From contig CAWGMQ010000004.1 of NCBI GenBank assembly GCA_963823665.1, positions 576,001 through 640,000 of the forward strand: DNA of 64,000 bases. Direction: 5' to 3'. Position 1 is the stretch's first letter, and each line of letters starts with the position of its first letter. The notes beneath the pieces are model-generated. The model saw only the letters and a program-made list of their open reading frames with translations, was not told the origin of the DNA and did no database searches. Position numbers and translations under genes: made by a program. Shown here piece by piece: positions 1 to 12,210 of this stretch. The DNA comes from an uncultured Planctomycetota bacterium (lineage in GTDB: Bacteria > Planctomycetota > Planctomycetia > Isosphaerales > Isosphaeraceae).

Positions 1-666
1 TAGGAAACCCTAGGCATTGCAACCGAAACCCAAGGCGTTGCCGTTGGGCTATGTTGTTGTGGCCTTTCAGGCCGAGGACCGGAATGGGTGACCGCAACGA
101 AGTCAATCATAACCGGGGTGCCGGGCCACCGGCGCGATGAGGAGGAGACGAGATGATAACATCAGGAATTGAGGGGGTGAACGTGTGTGGTGCGATTGAG
201 GGTGATCGCATGCGCGACCTCCGGTGTCAGGCAGCCACCTATGCGCCGCAGTGGGGGGAGGATCGCGGCAGATCGCGGCTATGGGATGGTTCTCGGAGAC
301 GCCCATTTACACTAGTGCACGGATGCTGGACGGGGCTCGAAAACCTGCCACTTTTTGCCATTTTTCGATCTTTGAGACGCTCATCCAAGGTGGGGAGCCT
401 GGTTCCGCATGTTGATTCAGCACCAGGGGATCGGAACTATTGTGTGGGTTCTCGGGCGATCGAAAAAAACTCGTGGCACGTGCCAGTGCAAAACTGCCAC
501 AACGATGCGGCTGTGTTGTTCACTATGTTTGAACGGATTTTTTCGATGCGGGAACAACGAGGGAAAGGAGGCCATGGAGATGAGGCGAGGCGGGACGGTC
601 AGGCGAGACGGAAACGCACCGCGCTGGGAAGCTGGGCTGCGCGGTCTTTCTTGCGCGAGCCCACCA

Positions 667-1226
667 CCACCGCCTGCGGTGGCACCTCCCTCACAGGCGG
701 GGAGGAATGCTGTTTCGTTCCGCTAATCCTTGCGGCATAAGGGCGCGCGACAAATATACAAAACGAAATCACAGGTCAGGGTGGGGGGTGGGAGTGAAGA
801 GCGGGAGCAGGATTAGGATTAAGATTAGGAATAAGATTAGGATTAAGATTAGGATTAAGATTAGGATTAAGATTAGGACTAAGAGCAGGAGCAGGAGCAG
901 CACCGGCTTTGGCGACGAGTGCACCGCTGGACTCCGCAGCCATCCGCCTGCTCGCTCCCCCACCGCCGTCTGGGGCGGCACCTCCCTCACAGGGGCGGAA
1001 GGAATGCTGTTTAGCTCCCGTAATCCTTGTGGTGTAAGGGCGCACGACAAATATACAAAACGAAGTGGTCGGTCGGGGTGGACCGTTGAACAGGGAACGC
1101 GGATTGGGATTACGAGTAAGAGCAGGAGCAAGAGCAAGAGTTTGATCGGCGCGGGCGGAACGTCGAGCGATTGCGTTCCCGTAATCCTTGTGGCGTAAGA
1201 ACGCGCGACGAATATACAAAACGAAC
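667..1226 (+). repeat. Three-copy dispersed direct repeat (~667-785, ~958-1082, partial ~1177-1226)
   Basis: Shared core TAATCCTTG(C/T)GG(C/T)(A/G)TAAG..GCG(C/A)CGAC(A/G)AATATACAAAACGAA in all three copies; copies 1 and 2 also share GGCACCTCCCTCACAGG..GGAATGCTGTTT. Confidence 0.85.
805..900 (+). repeat. Hexamer microsatellite (GATTAG/GATTAA alternating, then GAGCAG)
   Basis: Tandem run gattaggattaagattaggaataagattaggattaag... is directly visible. Confidence 0.95.
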
Positions 1227-1234
1227 GAGAATCA

Positions 1235-1281
1235 GGACGGAGGGCGGAGGACGGAGGGCGGAGGACAGAGCGCGGAGGGCG
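1235..1281 (+). repeat. Heptamer tandem repeat GGAGGGC/GGAGGAC; reverse-complement tract at ~29502-29540
   Basis: ggacggagggcggaggacggagggcggaggac here and cctccgccctccgccctccgccctccgccctccgtcctc at 29.5 kb. Confidence 0.85.
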
Positions 1282-1307
1282 TGAGGCGATCGTGCGTGGG
1301 CGTGAAG

Positions 1308-1358
1308 GGAGACCTTCGGTCCCGCTCTCGGGGCGGGGTCAGAGACCCACGCCCAACA
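1308..1358 (+). repeat. REP-like element, GGAGACC family
   Basis: ggagaccttcggtc...ggggcggggtcagagacccacgcccaaca matches the reverse complement of the units at 37011-37137. Confidence 0.75.
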
Positions 1359-1382
1359 ACGGGCTCCAGGGGCGGGGTCGGA

Positions 1383-1408
1383 ACCCTCGCTTACGCTTCG
1401 GGCTAGTG
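1383..1408. repeat. REP-like element (cctcgcttacgcttcgggctagtg); related inverted copy at ~49796-49820
   Basis: Its reverse complement cactagcccgaagcgtaagcgagg resembles caccaacccgaagcgccagcgagg at 49.8 kb. Confidence 0.6.
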
Positions 1409-1623
1409 CGTCATCCACGCTAAGTTTTCGGGCTAACAACCCTCGCAGGGGCAGGCAAATTCCAGGCGATATCCACGAGGCCCGGACGAAAACGAAACGT
1501 CTCTACCCGACGATTAAGGGTGGATGGGGCACTAGTGTCGTCGCCGGGACGGGTGTGCAACGTGTTACCCGAATAGCGGCGCGATTGAACCAGGCCCGGA
1601 GAATTCACCGGATGTCATCGTGC

Positions 1624-1653
1624 TTGAATCGTGCGTCGTGCGCACCCTAGAAT
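1624..1653 (+). promoter_or_regulatory. Putative sigma70 promoter of the moxR operon
   Basis: TTGAAT-18 bp-TAGAAT about 150 bp upstream of the ATG at 1806. Confidence 0.4.
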
Positions 1654-1805
1654 GGATTTCGCCGCCAGGACGGCGCCTCGCTCAGGCCGTCGCTCTGGGT
1701 TGATCTCTTCGGCCCTTTCCGGGCGAAGGCCGAATTTAATCAAACAAGGCCTAACCGCAAGTCCCTCAGTGCATTAGAAACTCTAACATCGAGGCTGACC
1801 AACGC

Positions 1806-2825
<1,020 letters not shown>

Positions 2826-2839
2826 TCGGGAGGCTTATT

Positions 2840-3740
2840 GTGGCGGGGACTGCGGAGAAATATCTGAAGCCGGAGGTGATCCGGCAGGTTGCGCGGCTGG
2901 ATCTGCGCGCACGATTCATTGTCGAGGGGTTCATCTCGGGGTTGCACGCCAGCCCGTTCCAGGGTTTCTCGGTGGAATTCTCCGAGCATCGCAAGTACAC
3001 GGCCGGTGACAACATTGGAGACATCGACTGGAACGTGTACGCCAAGACCGACCGGTTTTACATCAAGAAATTCCAGGCCGAGACGAATCTGACGGGCTAC
3101 CTCGTGATGGATCTCTCGGCGTCGATGGGGTACACTTACCGACAGGAGCTGACGAAATTTGAATACGGGATCAGCCTGGCGGCGGCCCTTTGTTACTTGA
3201 TGATCCGGCAGCAGGACCCGGTGGGGCTGGTGGCGTTCGATCAGAAGGTCCGGCAGAGCCTCGCCCCGGCGAGCAAGCGGTCGCAGCTCGGGAACATCCT
3301 GTCGATCCTCGCCAAGCTGAAGCCGGCGGGAACGACGAACTTCGAGGCGAGTCTGAACCAGGTCGCCAGCATGATCCGGCATCGCGGGCTGGTGATGCTC
3401 TTCAGCGATTTGCTGGCAGACCCTGAATCGATCTTGCGGGCCATTCATCGGCTGCGATTCCGAGGGCACGACATGATCATTTTTCACATCCTGGACGAGG
3501 CTGAGGCGGAGTTTCCGTTCCAGGGAATGCTTCGTCTGGAAGACAACGAGACCAACGAGATACTCGAGGTCGACGCCGATGCGATCAAGGCTGACTATCT
3601 CGACGAGGTTGCCAAGTTCCGGGCGACTTACAAGCAAGATTGTGTTCGGACGCGAATCGACTACGTTCCGCTGCACACGGGGATGCCGTTCGACAAGGCG
3701 CTCGATGAGCTATCTACTGACGCGGCAGGGCCGAGCTTGA
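2840..3740 (+). CDS. DUF58 (vWA-like) protein; frameshift near 3703
   Basis: GLHASPFQGFSVEFSEHRKY..GD...IDWNVYAKTDR and DLSASM; GTG after a GGGAGG RBS; a shifted frame gives the ending ...MSYLLTRQGRA* at 3740. Confidence 0.9.
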
Positions 3741-3761
3741 CGGAGTGGAGTGACTTTCGCC

Positions 3762-5993
3762 ATGGAGCTGTCGATCTTGAATGTGGGGCTGGCCGCGGGG
3801 GGCGCTGCGCTTGCGGCCCTGCCGGTGATACTCCACCTGTTCATGCGTCAGACGCCGAAGCACGTGATCTTCCCGGCGCTGCGGCTGATCCGCGAGCGTC
3901 AGAAGCAATCCAAGAAGCGGATGCGCATCAAGAACTGGCTGCTGCTTCTGGCGCGGATGGCCGTGATCGCGATCATGGCGCTGGCGCTGGGAAGGCCGTC
4001 GGTCCACTCCGACGTTCCTCTGGGATCTGAATCGCAACCGACGGCGATGGGGCTCGTGTTCGACACCTCGCTTTCGATGGGATACATCGAGAGGGACAAG
4101 ACGCGGCTGGACGAAGCGAAGGAGCGCGCGCGCGAACTGCTCGCCAAGCTGCCTGACTCGAGCCAGGTGTTCGTGGTCGACTCGGCGGATCCGCCGGTTC
4201 CTGCGGGGATGTCTCCGTCGGCGGCGCTCAAACGCATCGACTCGCTGACGATCCGGGCGGTCAACCGGCCGCTCAATTCCGCCATGGGGCAGGTCTACGC
4301 CGCGGTCGCCGAGTGCGACCGCCCGCTGCGCGTCGTGTACGTGCTGACGGATCTTTGTCGTACGTCGTGGCTGCCGAACCGGCCGGCGGAAGGGCTCGAG
4401 CAGGTGGAGAAGCTCAAGAAGAAGAAGGGCTCGCGGATCGTGACGTTCATTCTGGGCGTGGCTTCCAAGGAGGTCGACCAACGTTGCGGTTGACACGGCC
4501 GAGCCATCGTCGACGGTCGCGATCCAGGGTGAGCCGATCGAGATTCGGAGCAGGATTCGATCGGAAGGGACGAAGCCGACGACCCGGGTCGTGGAGTTCA
4601 CGGTCGACGGCCAGAAAAAGGATGAGAAGACACTCGAGATCCCGCCCAAGGGAGTGGTTGAGGTGAACTTCATGGCGCTGCCGCGAGGGGGTGAGGGGAA
4701 CCTGCACCAGGGGAAGATCAGGCTCAGCGGCGCACCCGATCCGTATCGCGGCCGATGACGAGCGGTTTTTCAGCTTCCGGGTTCGGCCGCCGCTCAAGGC
4801 GCTGCTCGTCTACGACGATCCGTACGACACATCGTTCGTTGCGGCGGCGCTCGATCCCAACCCCGCGGCGGCCGCGCTGCGACCGATTCAGGTCGAGAAG
4901 GTGACGGCCAAGGAGCTGGGCGCTCGTTATAACGGCAATCTTCAAGACTTCGCGGCGATCTTCCTGCTGAACGTGCGGAGGCTCGAGGAAGCCGACTGGA
5001 TCGCGCTGAATCGCTACGTGCACAGGGGAGGGGGGTTGGTGGTGGCACCCGGGCACCTGAGCGACCCGGCGAACTACAACTCGGTGAGCCAGCTTCTGCC
5101 GGGACAGCTTGGGGCGGAGCCGCACATCGCCCAACCGCCGACCAACATGGACAGACGTCACCAACCTGACACACCCGCTCTTCGAGCGGTACGGCAAGGA
5201 CCTGGCGACCGTGCTCGCAAACCCTCCGGTTTACAAGTACTGGCCGATTCGGGGCGAGACGGCCGCGGGGCTCGTGCTTGTGCGGTTTCGCGACGGAGCG
5301 CCGGCGCTTTTGGAGCGGACGTTCAAGGGGCCAAAGGTCGGCAAGGTGTTGCTCTGGACGCTGCCTCTATCGCGCCGGGCCGATAAGGGCGGGGCGATCG
5401 GGAGGTCGGCAGCGGCCTTCAGCGAGTTCCCGCTGTACGACCCGTATGGCTGGTCGTTCATCGCGCTCATGGATCGGACGGTCCCGTATCTCTCCGGCGG
5501 GACGAGCGAACAGCTCAATTTCGACGCAGGGGAGAATGTGCTGCTGCGGCTTGATCCGACGGCGCGTCTCTCGAAGTTCGTGATCAGCGGTCCGGACCAG
5601 AAGCCCAAACCGCTTCCCTCGCCCAGCGGCGAATACCTCGAGGTGCCGGCGCCGCCGGCCCTGGGCATCTGGACGGTTCAGGCGACGACGGCCGACAACC
5701 GCGCGGCAGTCCTGGGGTTCAGCGTGAACATGTCGAGGGACCCGAATCACGATGAAAGCCGATTCGCGCACGTGGAGAAAGACGATTTTGATGCGATCTT
5801 CGGCAAGGACGGCTATCTGCTGGCGGAGGACGCCGCCGCGCACCAAGAAAAGGAGAAGCTCACGCGGTACGGATACGAAGTCTTTCCCTGGCTCATGTTC
5901 TTGATCCTCACGATCGTCACGCTGGAGAACATTCTGGCCAACACATTTTACAAGGAAGCGCCCAGCGGCAAGAAGACGGCCGCGGCTGCGTGA
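3762..5993 (+). CDS. BatA-domain / vWA membrane protein, split by indels near 4480, 4745 and 5145
   Basis: N-terminal LAALPVILHLF..FPALRLI...WLLLLARMA double-TM BatA motif, DTSLSM MIDAS motif, C-terminal TM (FPWLMFLILTIVTLENILAN); coding-like pieces continue across frames. Confidence 0.8.
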
Positions 5994-6032
5994 ACGGGCG
6001 GGGAGCTTTCCTGGTTGGATCTTGGTGGCAAC

Positions 6033-8283
6033 ATGAATCACGGAATCAGTGTGAGCTTCAGTCCGATCGGCGGTTCGTGGGCGCTCTTGCTCGTGGCCAT
6101 CGCGATGGTGACGGCGCTGACGCTTTGGGCCTACGCCAAGCGACTCAAGGGCACGACCGGCAGGTGGCGATGGTTTGCGCTGTCGCTTCGACTGCTGGCG
6201 ATCTTGCTCTGCCTGATGGCGGCGCTGCGGCCGAAGGTGACGCTCAACGAGAAGAAGAAGCAAGCCGCGACTCTTGTCTATCTGATCGACTCGAGCAAGA
6301 GCATGACCCTGGTCGACGAGGTGAACGGGCAATCGCGGTGGAGCGTGGCCAAGCAAATTCTCAAGCAGGCGCAGGAAGAAGCCAAGACGCTGGGGCCCGA
6401 CCTGAGCGTGAAGATCCACTTATTCGACTCAACGCTCGCCGAGCCCAAGCCGAATGAGAAAGGAGACTACGCCGAGCCCAAGGGGCTCGAGACGAAGCTG
6501 GGCGTGGCGATCCTCGAAGCCAACAAGGCCGAGCAGATCAATTCGAAACGGATTGCGCGATTCGTGATCGTCTCGGACTTCGCATCCAACAGCGGCACCG
6601 ACCCGCTCGAAGCGGCGCGGCAGGTGAAGGGGTCAGACCAGGCGATCAAGTTCATCACGGTCGGCCTGGGGGCCGAGAGCGCCGGGCCTAACCAGCGAGA
6701 CGTCGCGCTCAAGGACATCATCACGAGCCCGACCGTGTTCGTGAAGAACCAGGTCGAAGTGCGGGGAACGGTGGTCGCGCACGGATATGCCAACCAGGAT
6801 CTGAACGTCGAGCTTTACGTCGAGGGCCAGGCAACGCCCGTGGCCAAGACCACGGTGAAGGTCAAGGAAGGGGCCGAATCGGTGCCAATCACCGGACTCA
6901 GGTTCGTGCCGCAGACGCCGGGGGAGAAGCTGCTCACGATGAAGGTCGCGCTCAAAGACAACGAATCGATGAAATCGAACAATGAGATGAGCACGTTTGT
7001 GACTGTATTGAGCGGCGGATTGAACGTGCTGTTTCTGCAGGGTTCGAACTCGACGTGGGATTACCGCTTCCTGGGAAGGTCGATCATGCAGTCGACGGCG
7101 ATCCAGATGGATGGATTCGTCATCCGGCGGCCTGCGCAGGCAGATAAGAGCGAGGTGGAGGACACCGTGTTCGCCCCCAACAAGTACAACGTATATGTAT
7201 TCTGCAACTTGCCGGCCGATTACTTGACACCGAAACAGCAGGCGCTCCTGGTCGAGGCGGTGAAGAAAGGCGCCGGGTTCATCATGCTGGGCGGCCACGC
7301 GAGCTTCGGGCCCGGCGGCTGGGCGGATACGCCGGTTGCGGAGATTCTGCCCTGCACGATCCACCCCGGTGACGGCGAGATCGAGGAAGGGATCAAGCTT
7401 ATACCGACGACTATCGGGTCTCGATCAGTTCATGCTGAAAGTTGGTGCGACCACGGCTGAGACCACGAAAATCTGGGATTCGATGCCGCCGATGCGTGGC
7501 ACGAACCGGTTCGGCGTACCCAAGCTCAATGCCGTAGTTCAGGCGACATCACCGGCCCCGGATGCCGAGCCCTTGATGATGAGCATGGATGTGGGCTTGG
7601 GAAGGGTGATCGCCTTTGGCGGGGAGACGTGGGTCTGGGCGCGCCAGACCGAGGAAGGGCGGCTGGCACACCGGAAGTTCTGGCGGCAGTCGATATTCTG
7701 GCTATCGCACAAGGAAGACGACAGCGAGAACCAGGTCAAGCTGACTCTCGACCGACGGCGGATCGGCGTGGGTGAGAAGCTTGAACTGTCCGCGACCGCC
7801 CGCGACGCGAAGGGTGCGTCGATTCTCGATGCGACCTACGAATGCAAGATCGTGCGTGACGGGCCCGAGCCCGTGACCGAGCCGGTTGAGCTTTATCCTC
7901 AGGGCGAACAGGCGCGCGCGACGCGCTACGCGACCGAGCATCTTGGCGTTCCGGCGAACTACACGGCAACAGTGATCGCCCGCCGTGGCGGCAAGGAGAT
8001 CGGCCACGATTCGGCTCGCTTCCTGGTGTATCAGGACGACCGAGAGCTGGAAAACCCTTCCGCCGACCTCAAGCTGGCGAAGGAGATCGCCGAGCTGACC
8101 GGCGGCGAGCTGGTCACTCCCGAAAAGCTGGCGACGCACCTGAAGGGCATCGACCGCTCGGCATACACGGAGTACGTGACCGACTCTCAATACGAGGTCT
8201 GGGACAACTGGCCCTTCATGCTGGTTTTCGCCGCGATCCTCACCCTTGAATGGTGGCTGCGCAAGCGCCATGGGTGGGTTTAG
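6033..8283 (+). CDS. vWA + glutamine-amidotransferase-like membrane protein of MoxR operons; frameshift near 7410
   Basis: Two N-terminal TMs, LIDSSKSM, GAGFIMLGGHASFGPGGWADTP, C-terminal WDNWPFMLVFAAILTLEWWLRKRHGWV. Confidence 0.85.
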
Positions 8284-8531
8284 ACGACCAGGCTCACTGT
8301 GAAACCGGCATTGTCTCAGCAAGGCGTTTCGATTATAGAAATGGCCTCCGATGGAGTTTTTCGAACGTTGCCACTCACGGATGAGACGCAGCATGACGGC
8401 AAAACAACTCGTCGACCGCCTGCTTGCCAGGCCAGGTTTGCTCAAACCACAGTCACGCACTACCGCACCGGTCTCGCCCGGAGCGGTGCTTTGCACCTCT
8501 TGCCTTTTCGAGTGAATCCGGAGAGGCGACG

Positions 8532-10106
8532 ATGACTGGGCAAATGATGGAAAAGACGAATCGCGCGCGCGTGCCCGCGGCCGGCCGATTGCCGCTGCTC
8601 GTCGCGGCTTGCTTGATCTGCGCCATTGCATCGATCAATATTTATCGATTGACAAGTGCGATTGCGCCTCGGAATCCGTGGGAATCGCTCGAGGTGGTGG
8701 AGGCGTGGCGAAGCCTGCACGGGATGCCGGTTTATGAGCTTCCGCCTGAGGGGCATGCGACGCACATGTACGGGGCGATTGTGCCCTGGGTGCAGGGAGA
8801 GATCTTCCGCTGGACGGGGCCGAACAACTTGAGCGGGCGGTTGCTGTCTCTGGTCTCATCGCTGCTGCTGGTGACGATGCTCGCGGTGGGTTTTACGGGC
8901 GAGCGCTCGATCTGGGCCATCGTCATCGCCTGGGCGGCGCTTCTGGGAGTCGACCATCGCGCGGGCCATTATTTCGTCGAGAACCGGCCGGACATGCCGG
9001 CCCTTTTCCTGGGCGGTGTGGCTCTGGTCCTCTTCGGCTGGGGATTTGAGCGCAAGCGATTCACGCTTGTCGTTCTGGGAACGGCGTGCCTGATGCTCGG
9101 TTTCTTTTTCAAGCAGACGGTCTCGATCTTCGCGGCAGTTCCTCTTTGCGCCTTGATCCTGCGGGGACGGTTGCCGGCGCGATCCGAGATCGTGCTTGCA
9201 GGGCTTCCGCTGGTCGCGATGGGCGGGGTGATTGCCGGCCTGGGCTTCTTCAGCGAGGCGATTCACCATTACATGATTGCGGTACCCGGGGCCTATTCGA
9301 TCAACTGGGTGCGGGCGGGCAAGTATCTGTGGGAGCTTATGCTCGATTCACCGCTCTTTCTGGTTCTGATCGCGGAACTGGTGATTTTCGGTGCAAGAGT
9401 GCGGCGCGATGATCGGCGCGTGCGCTGGCTGCTGGCGACACTGGCAATCGCCATTCCGTTCAGCGCGGTCTCGCACGCGAAGGTGGGGGGTTGGCCCAAC
9501 AGCCTGCTGCCCGCGCTCTTCACGATGATGGCATTCTGCGTGTTGCGATTGCCCCGGATCGTGAAACGGATTGAAGAGCACACGCAGACCGTGCGCGGCC
9601 GAGTGGCGGTCGGATCGTTTCTGGCGGTGCTCCTGCTCATGACCACGTTTCCGCACTTGACGTGGGAGAATGGGCTCTTTGTGCCCCGGTCGCGCTGGGA
9701 CAAGGACTACCGTGCGATGCTGGCGATTGCTGGGAGTTTGCCCGGCCGTGTCGTGTGTCCCGAAGATCCCACGATACCTTTCTATGGGAACGGCTACGTC
9801 GGGCTGAGCTTGTTCTCGGAGAAGGATGCCCGGCCGGATCGAGGACACTGGCCAACGAAGACACCCGAGCCGGTTCTCGAGGAAATGCGACGCGCGGAGT
9901 TCATCGTCGACGTGCGGGAGTACTGGGGAGAGAACGTCGACGAGGCGCTGCTAGAGAGTCTCGGTTTCTGGCCGATGGATGTGAAATCGATTGATCCCGA
10001 CTGCTACCGGATATGGCGGAAGGCGGGTCGCTCGGTCACGAGCGCGAGCCCGGCGGTAGGCGACCGGATCGGGCTCTCTGAAGTGGAGCGAGCATCAAAT
10101 CATTGA
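8532..10106 (+). CDS. Multi-pass membrane protein, probable GT-C fold (ArnT/PMT-like) glycosyltransferase
   Basis: About 10 hydrophobic segments, RPDM and FFKQT motifs, adjacent to a GT2; GAGAGG RBS. Confidence 0.6.
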   Translation: MTGQMMEKTNRARVPAAGRLPLLVAACLICAIASINIYRLTSAIAPRNPWESLEVVEAWRSLHGMPVYELPPEGHATHMYGAIVPWVQGEIFRWTGPNNLSGRLLSLVSSLLLVTMLAVGFTGERSIWAIVIAWAALLGVDHRAGHYFVENRPDMPALFLGGVALVLFGWGFERKRFTLVVLGTACLMLGFFFKQTVSIFAAVPLCALILRGRLPARSEIVLAGLPLVAMGGVIAGLGFFSEAIHHYMIAVPGAYSINWVRAGKYLWELMLDSPLFLVLIAELVIFGARVRRDDRRVRWLLATLAIAIPFSAVSHAKVGGWPNSLLPALFTMMAFCVLRLPRIVKRIEEHTQTVRGRVAVGSFLAVLLLMTTFPHLTWENGLFVPRSRWDKDYRAMLAIAGSLPGRVVCPEDPTIPFYGNGYVGLSLFSEKDARPDRGHWPTKTPEPVLEEMRRAEFIVDVREYWGENVDEALLESLGFWPMDVKSIDPDCYRIWRKAGRSVTSASPAVGDRIGLSEVERASNH

Positions 10107-10170
10107 CACCTGTCGCGACGTGCCGACGGTTCTCTGGCAGGCGCGGAATAATCTGGAAAGGCGGCCGGAC

Positions 10171-11340
10171 ATGGATGCTCGGCGAAAAGGGCGATTCGAC
10201 TCTGGAGCAGAGGATGCGCTTCGCGTACCGATTTCCGGGCGGACTGGCGGAGAGGGGCAGGGGGGTCTTCGCGAGTCGAAGCCGAGGAGCGAACGCCGTA
10301 CGGAGCCGCAGGCGGAGGAGATCGTCGTCTTGATTCCGGTTTTCAATGACTGGGAGTCGGTCGAGCAACTCTTGCCGAGGCTGGATCGCGAGCTCGCGCA
10401 GAGCGGGATGGCGGTCGACGTGCTGATTGTCGACGACGGCTCGGTGCTGGAGGGCGAGGGAGTCGCAGACTCGAACGCGTTTGAAGCGATCCGGCGGATT
10501 GATGTGCTGCGGCTGCGACGCAACCTGGGTCATCAGCGAGCGATCGCGATTGGCCTGGCTTATGTCGAGGATTGCCTGAGCACAAGCGCGGTCGTCGTGA
10601 TGGACGCCGACGGCGAGGACGACCCGGCCGACGTGCCGCGTCTTGTGGGGCGATTGCGGGAGGAGGGCAATCGCAAGATTGTTTTTGCGGAGCGAACTCG
10701 ACGGTCGGAATCGATCGCGTTTCGCATTTTTTATCTGTTTTACAAGATTCTGCATTATCTGCTGACGGGCAAGGGGGTGCGGGTTGGCAATTACAGCGTG
10801 ATACCGAGGCGGCGGCTGTCGAGCCTGGTGGTGGTCGCCGAGATGTGGAATCACTACGCGGCGGCGGTCTTCCGTTCGCGGCAACCGTACTGCATGGTTC
10901 CGACGCGGCGGGGCAGGCGCCTGTGCGGGAGCTCGTCGATGAACTTCGTGTCGCTGGTGGCGCACGGATTGAGCGCGATCGCGGTTTACAGCGACGTCGT
11001 CGGGGTGCGGCTCCTGGTCATGTCGGTCTTGATGGCGGTGGTAACCGCGGGAGGAATCGTGGCAGCGCTCTTCGTGCGGCTTGCGACCGACTGGGCGGTT
11101 CCGGGCTGGGCGAGCTACATGGTGGGCATCCTGCTGATTCTGCTGGTACAGGCGGTGATGGCAGCGTTCGTCTTCAGTTTTGCGATCCTGGGCTCGCGGC
11201 ACGGCTCGACCTTTCTGCCGCGGCGTGATTATTCGTTCTTCATCGGCGCGCTCTGGACGCTTCACGGTCATGAGCAATCGCTCGAGCCGCTGCCGGTTCC
11301 GGAGCTTCAAAGCGACTTCATTGAGTCGGGGATCTCGTGA
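10171..11340 (+). CDS. Glycosyltransferase family 2 (GtrB/DPM1-like) with two C-terminal TMs
   Basis: VLIPVFND, IVDDGS, RNLGHQRAIAIGL, VVMDADGEDDP. Confidence 0.93.
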   Translation: MDARRKGRFDSGAEDALRVPISGRTGGEGQGGLRESKPRSERRTEPQAEEIVVLIPVFNDWESVEQLLPRLDRELAQSGMAVDVLIVDDGSVLEGEGVADSNAFEAIRRIDVLRLRRNLGHQRAIAIGLAYVEDCLSTSAVVVMDADGEDDPADVPRLVGRLREEGNRKIVFAERTRRSESIAFRIFYLFYKILHYLLTGKGVRVGNYSVIPRRRLSSLVVVAEMWNHYAAAVFRSRQPYCMVPTRRGRRLCGSSSMNFVSLVAHGLSAIAVYSDVVGVRLLVMSVLMAVVTAGGIVAALFVRLATDWAVPGWASYMVGILLILLVQAVMAAFVFSFAILGSRHGSTFLPRRDYSFFIGALWTLHGHEQSLEPLPVPELQSDFIESGIS

Positions 11341-12053
11341 TGGCCTACGTTTATTGCGGCGCTGAGCTTGATTTGTTTGCCGCGGCAGAGAACTGGAAGT
11401 CGTACGTTCGCGCGGCGGTGCGACGGTACCTGGGCCGAGCGGTGCTTGAAGTGGGCGCGGGAAACGGGAACACCACGCGGGCACTGTGCCGGGGCAAATT
11501 CGAGCGCTGGGTGTGCCTCGAGCCCGACGCGGAGCTGGCAGGTCAGCTCAGCGCGGCCTCCAGCCGGGGCGAGTTACCCGACTGCTGTCACGTTCGGATC
11601 GGCACGCTGGCTGACCTCGATGAAGAGAATCATTATGATACGATTCTTTATATGGACGTGCTCGAACACATCGCGGACGACCACAGGGAGCTGACGCTGG
11701 CGGCGAGTCAGCTCGCGCCGGGCGGGCATCTGATTGTCCTGGCGCCGGCACACCAATGGCTCTTCACGCCGTTCGACGAATCGATCGGACACTATCGACG
11801 CTACACGAAGCGCACGTTGCGCGACGCGGCACCCGAGGACCTTTCGCTCGTCCGGCTGGCGTACATGGATTCGGTCGGTATGCTCGCATCGCTCGGCAAT
11901 CGTCTGGTGCTCAAAAGCGCCATGCCGTCGCCCCAGCAGATTGAAATCTGGGACCGGATGATGGTGCCTTGCTCTCGAGTCGTCGATTGGACTCTTCTAT
12001 ACACGCTGGGGAAGTCGGTGCTGGGTGTCTGGCAACGTTCATGTCAGAGTTAG
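11337..12053 (+). CDS. Class I SAM-dependent methyltransferase
   Basis: VLEVGAGNG, DVLEHIADD, LAPGGHLIV, GHYRRY. Confidence 0.92.
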   Translation: MMAYVYCGAELDLFAAAENWKSYVRAAVRRYLGRAVLEVGAGNGNTTRALCRGKFERWVCLEPDAELAGQLSAASSRGELPDCCHVRIGTLADLDEENHYDTILYMDVLEHIADDHRELTLAASQLAPGGHLIVLAPAHQWLFTPFDESIGHYRRYTKRTLRDAAPEDLSLVRLAYMDSVGMLASLGNRLVLKSAMPSPQQIEIWDRMMVPCSRVVDWTLLYTLGKSVLGVWQRSCQS

Positions 12054-12128
12054 AACACGCACAAGAACGATACGGAATAATGTTTCCGGCAAGAGCTTGT
12101 CGCAAAGCTGTTTATCTCGACCCGGGGG

Positions 12129-12158
12129 TCGACCGCGACGCTGGCGGCTGTGTATAAT
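12129..12158 (+). promoter_or_regulatory. Putative promoter of the diiron-oxidase/tyrosine operon
   Basis: Perfect TATAAT at 12153-12158 in GC-rich DNA about 50 bp before the ATG at 12211; weak -35 (TCGACC). Confidence 0.4.
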
Positions 12159-12210
12159 CAGGGTGTCAAGTCCCCCGTTCCTCTCCTTATGATCACAGGG
12201 GGTTTATCCC

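Noticed and set aside
707..1219. ORFs with IRIK, poly-LI or PNLN repeats
   Set aside because: These are translations of the hexamer microsatellite, with no RBS or coding-like composition.
667..1226. CRISPR array
   Set aside because: Only three long degenerate units with irregular low-complexity spacers, and no cas genes.
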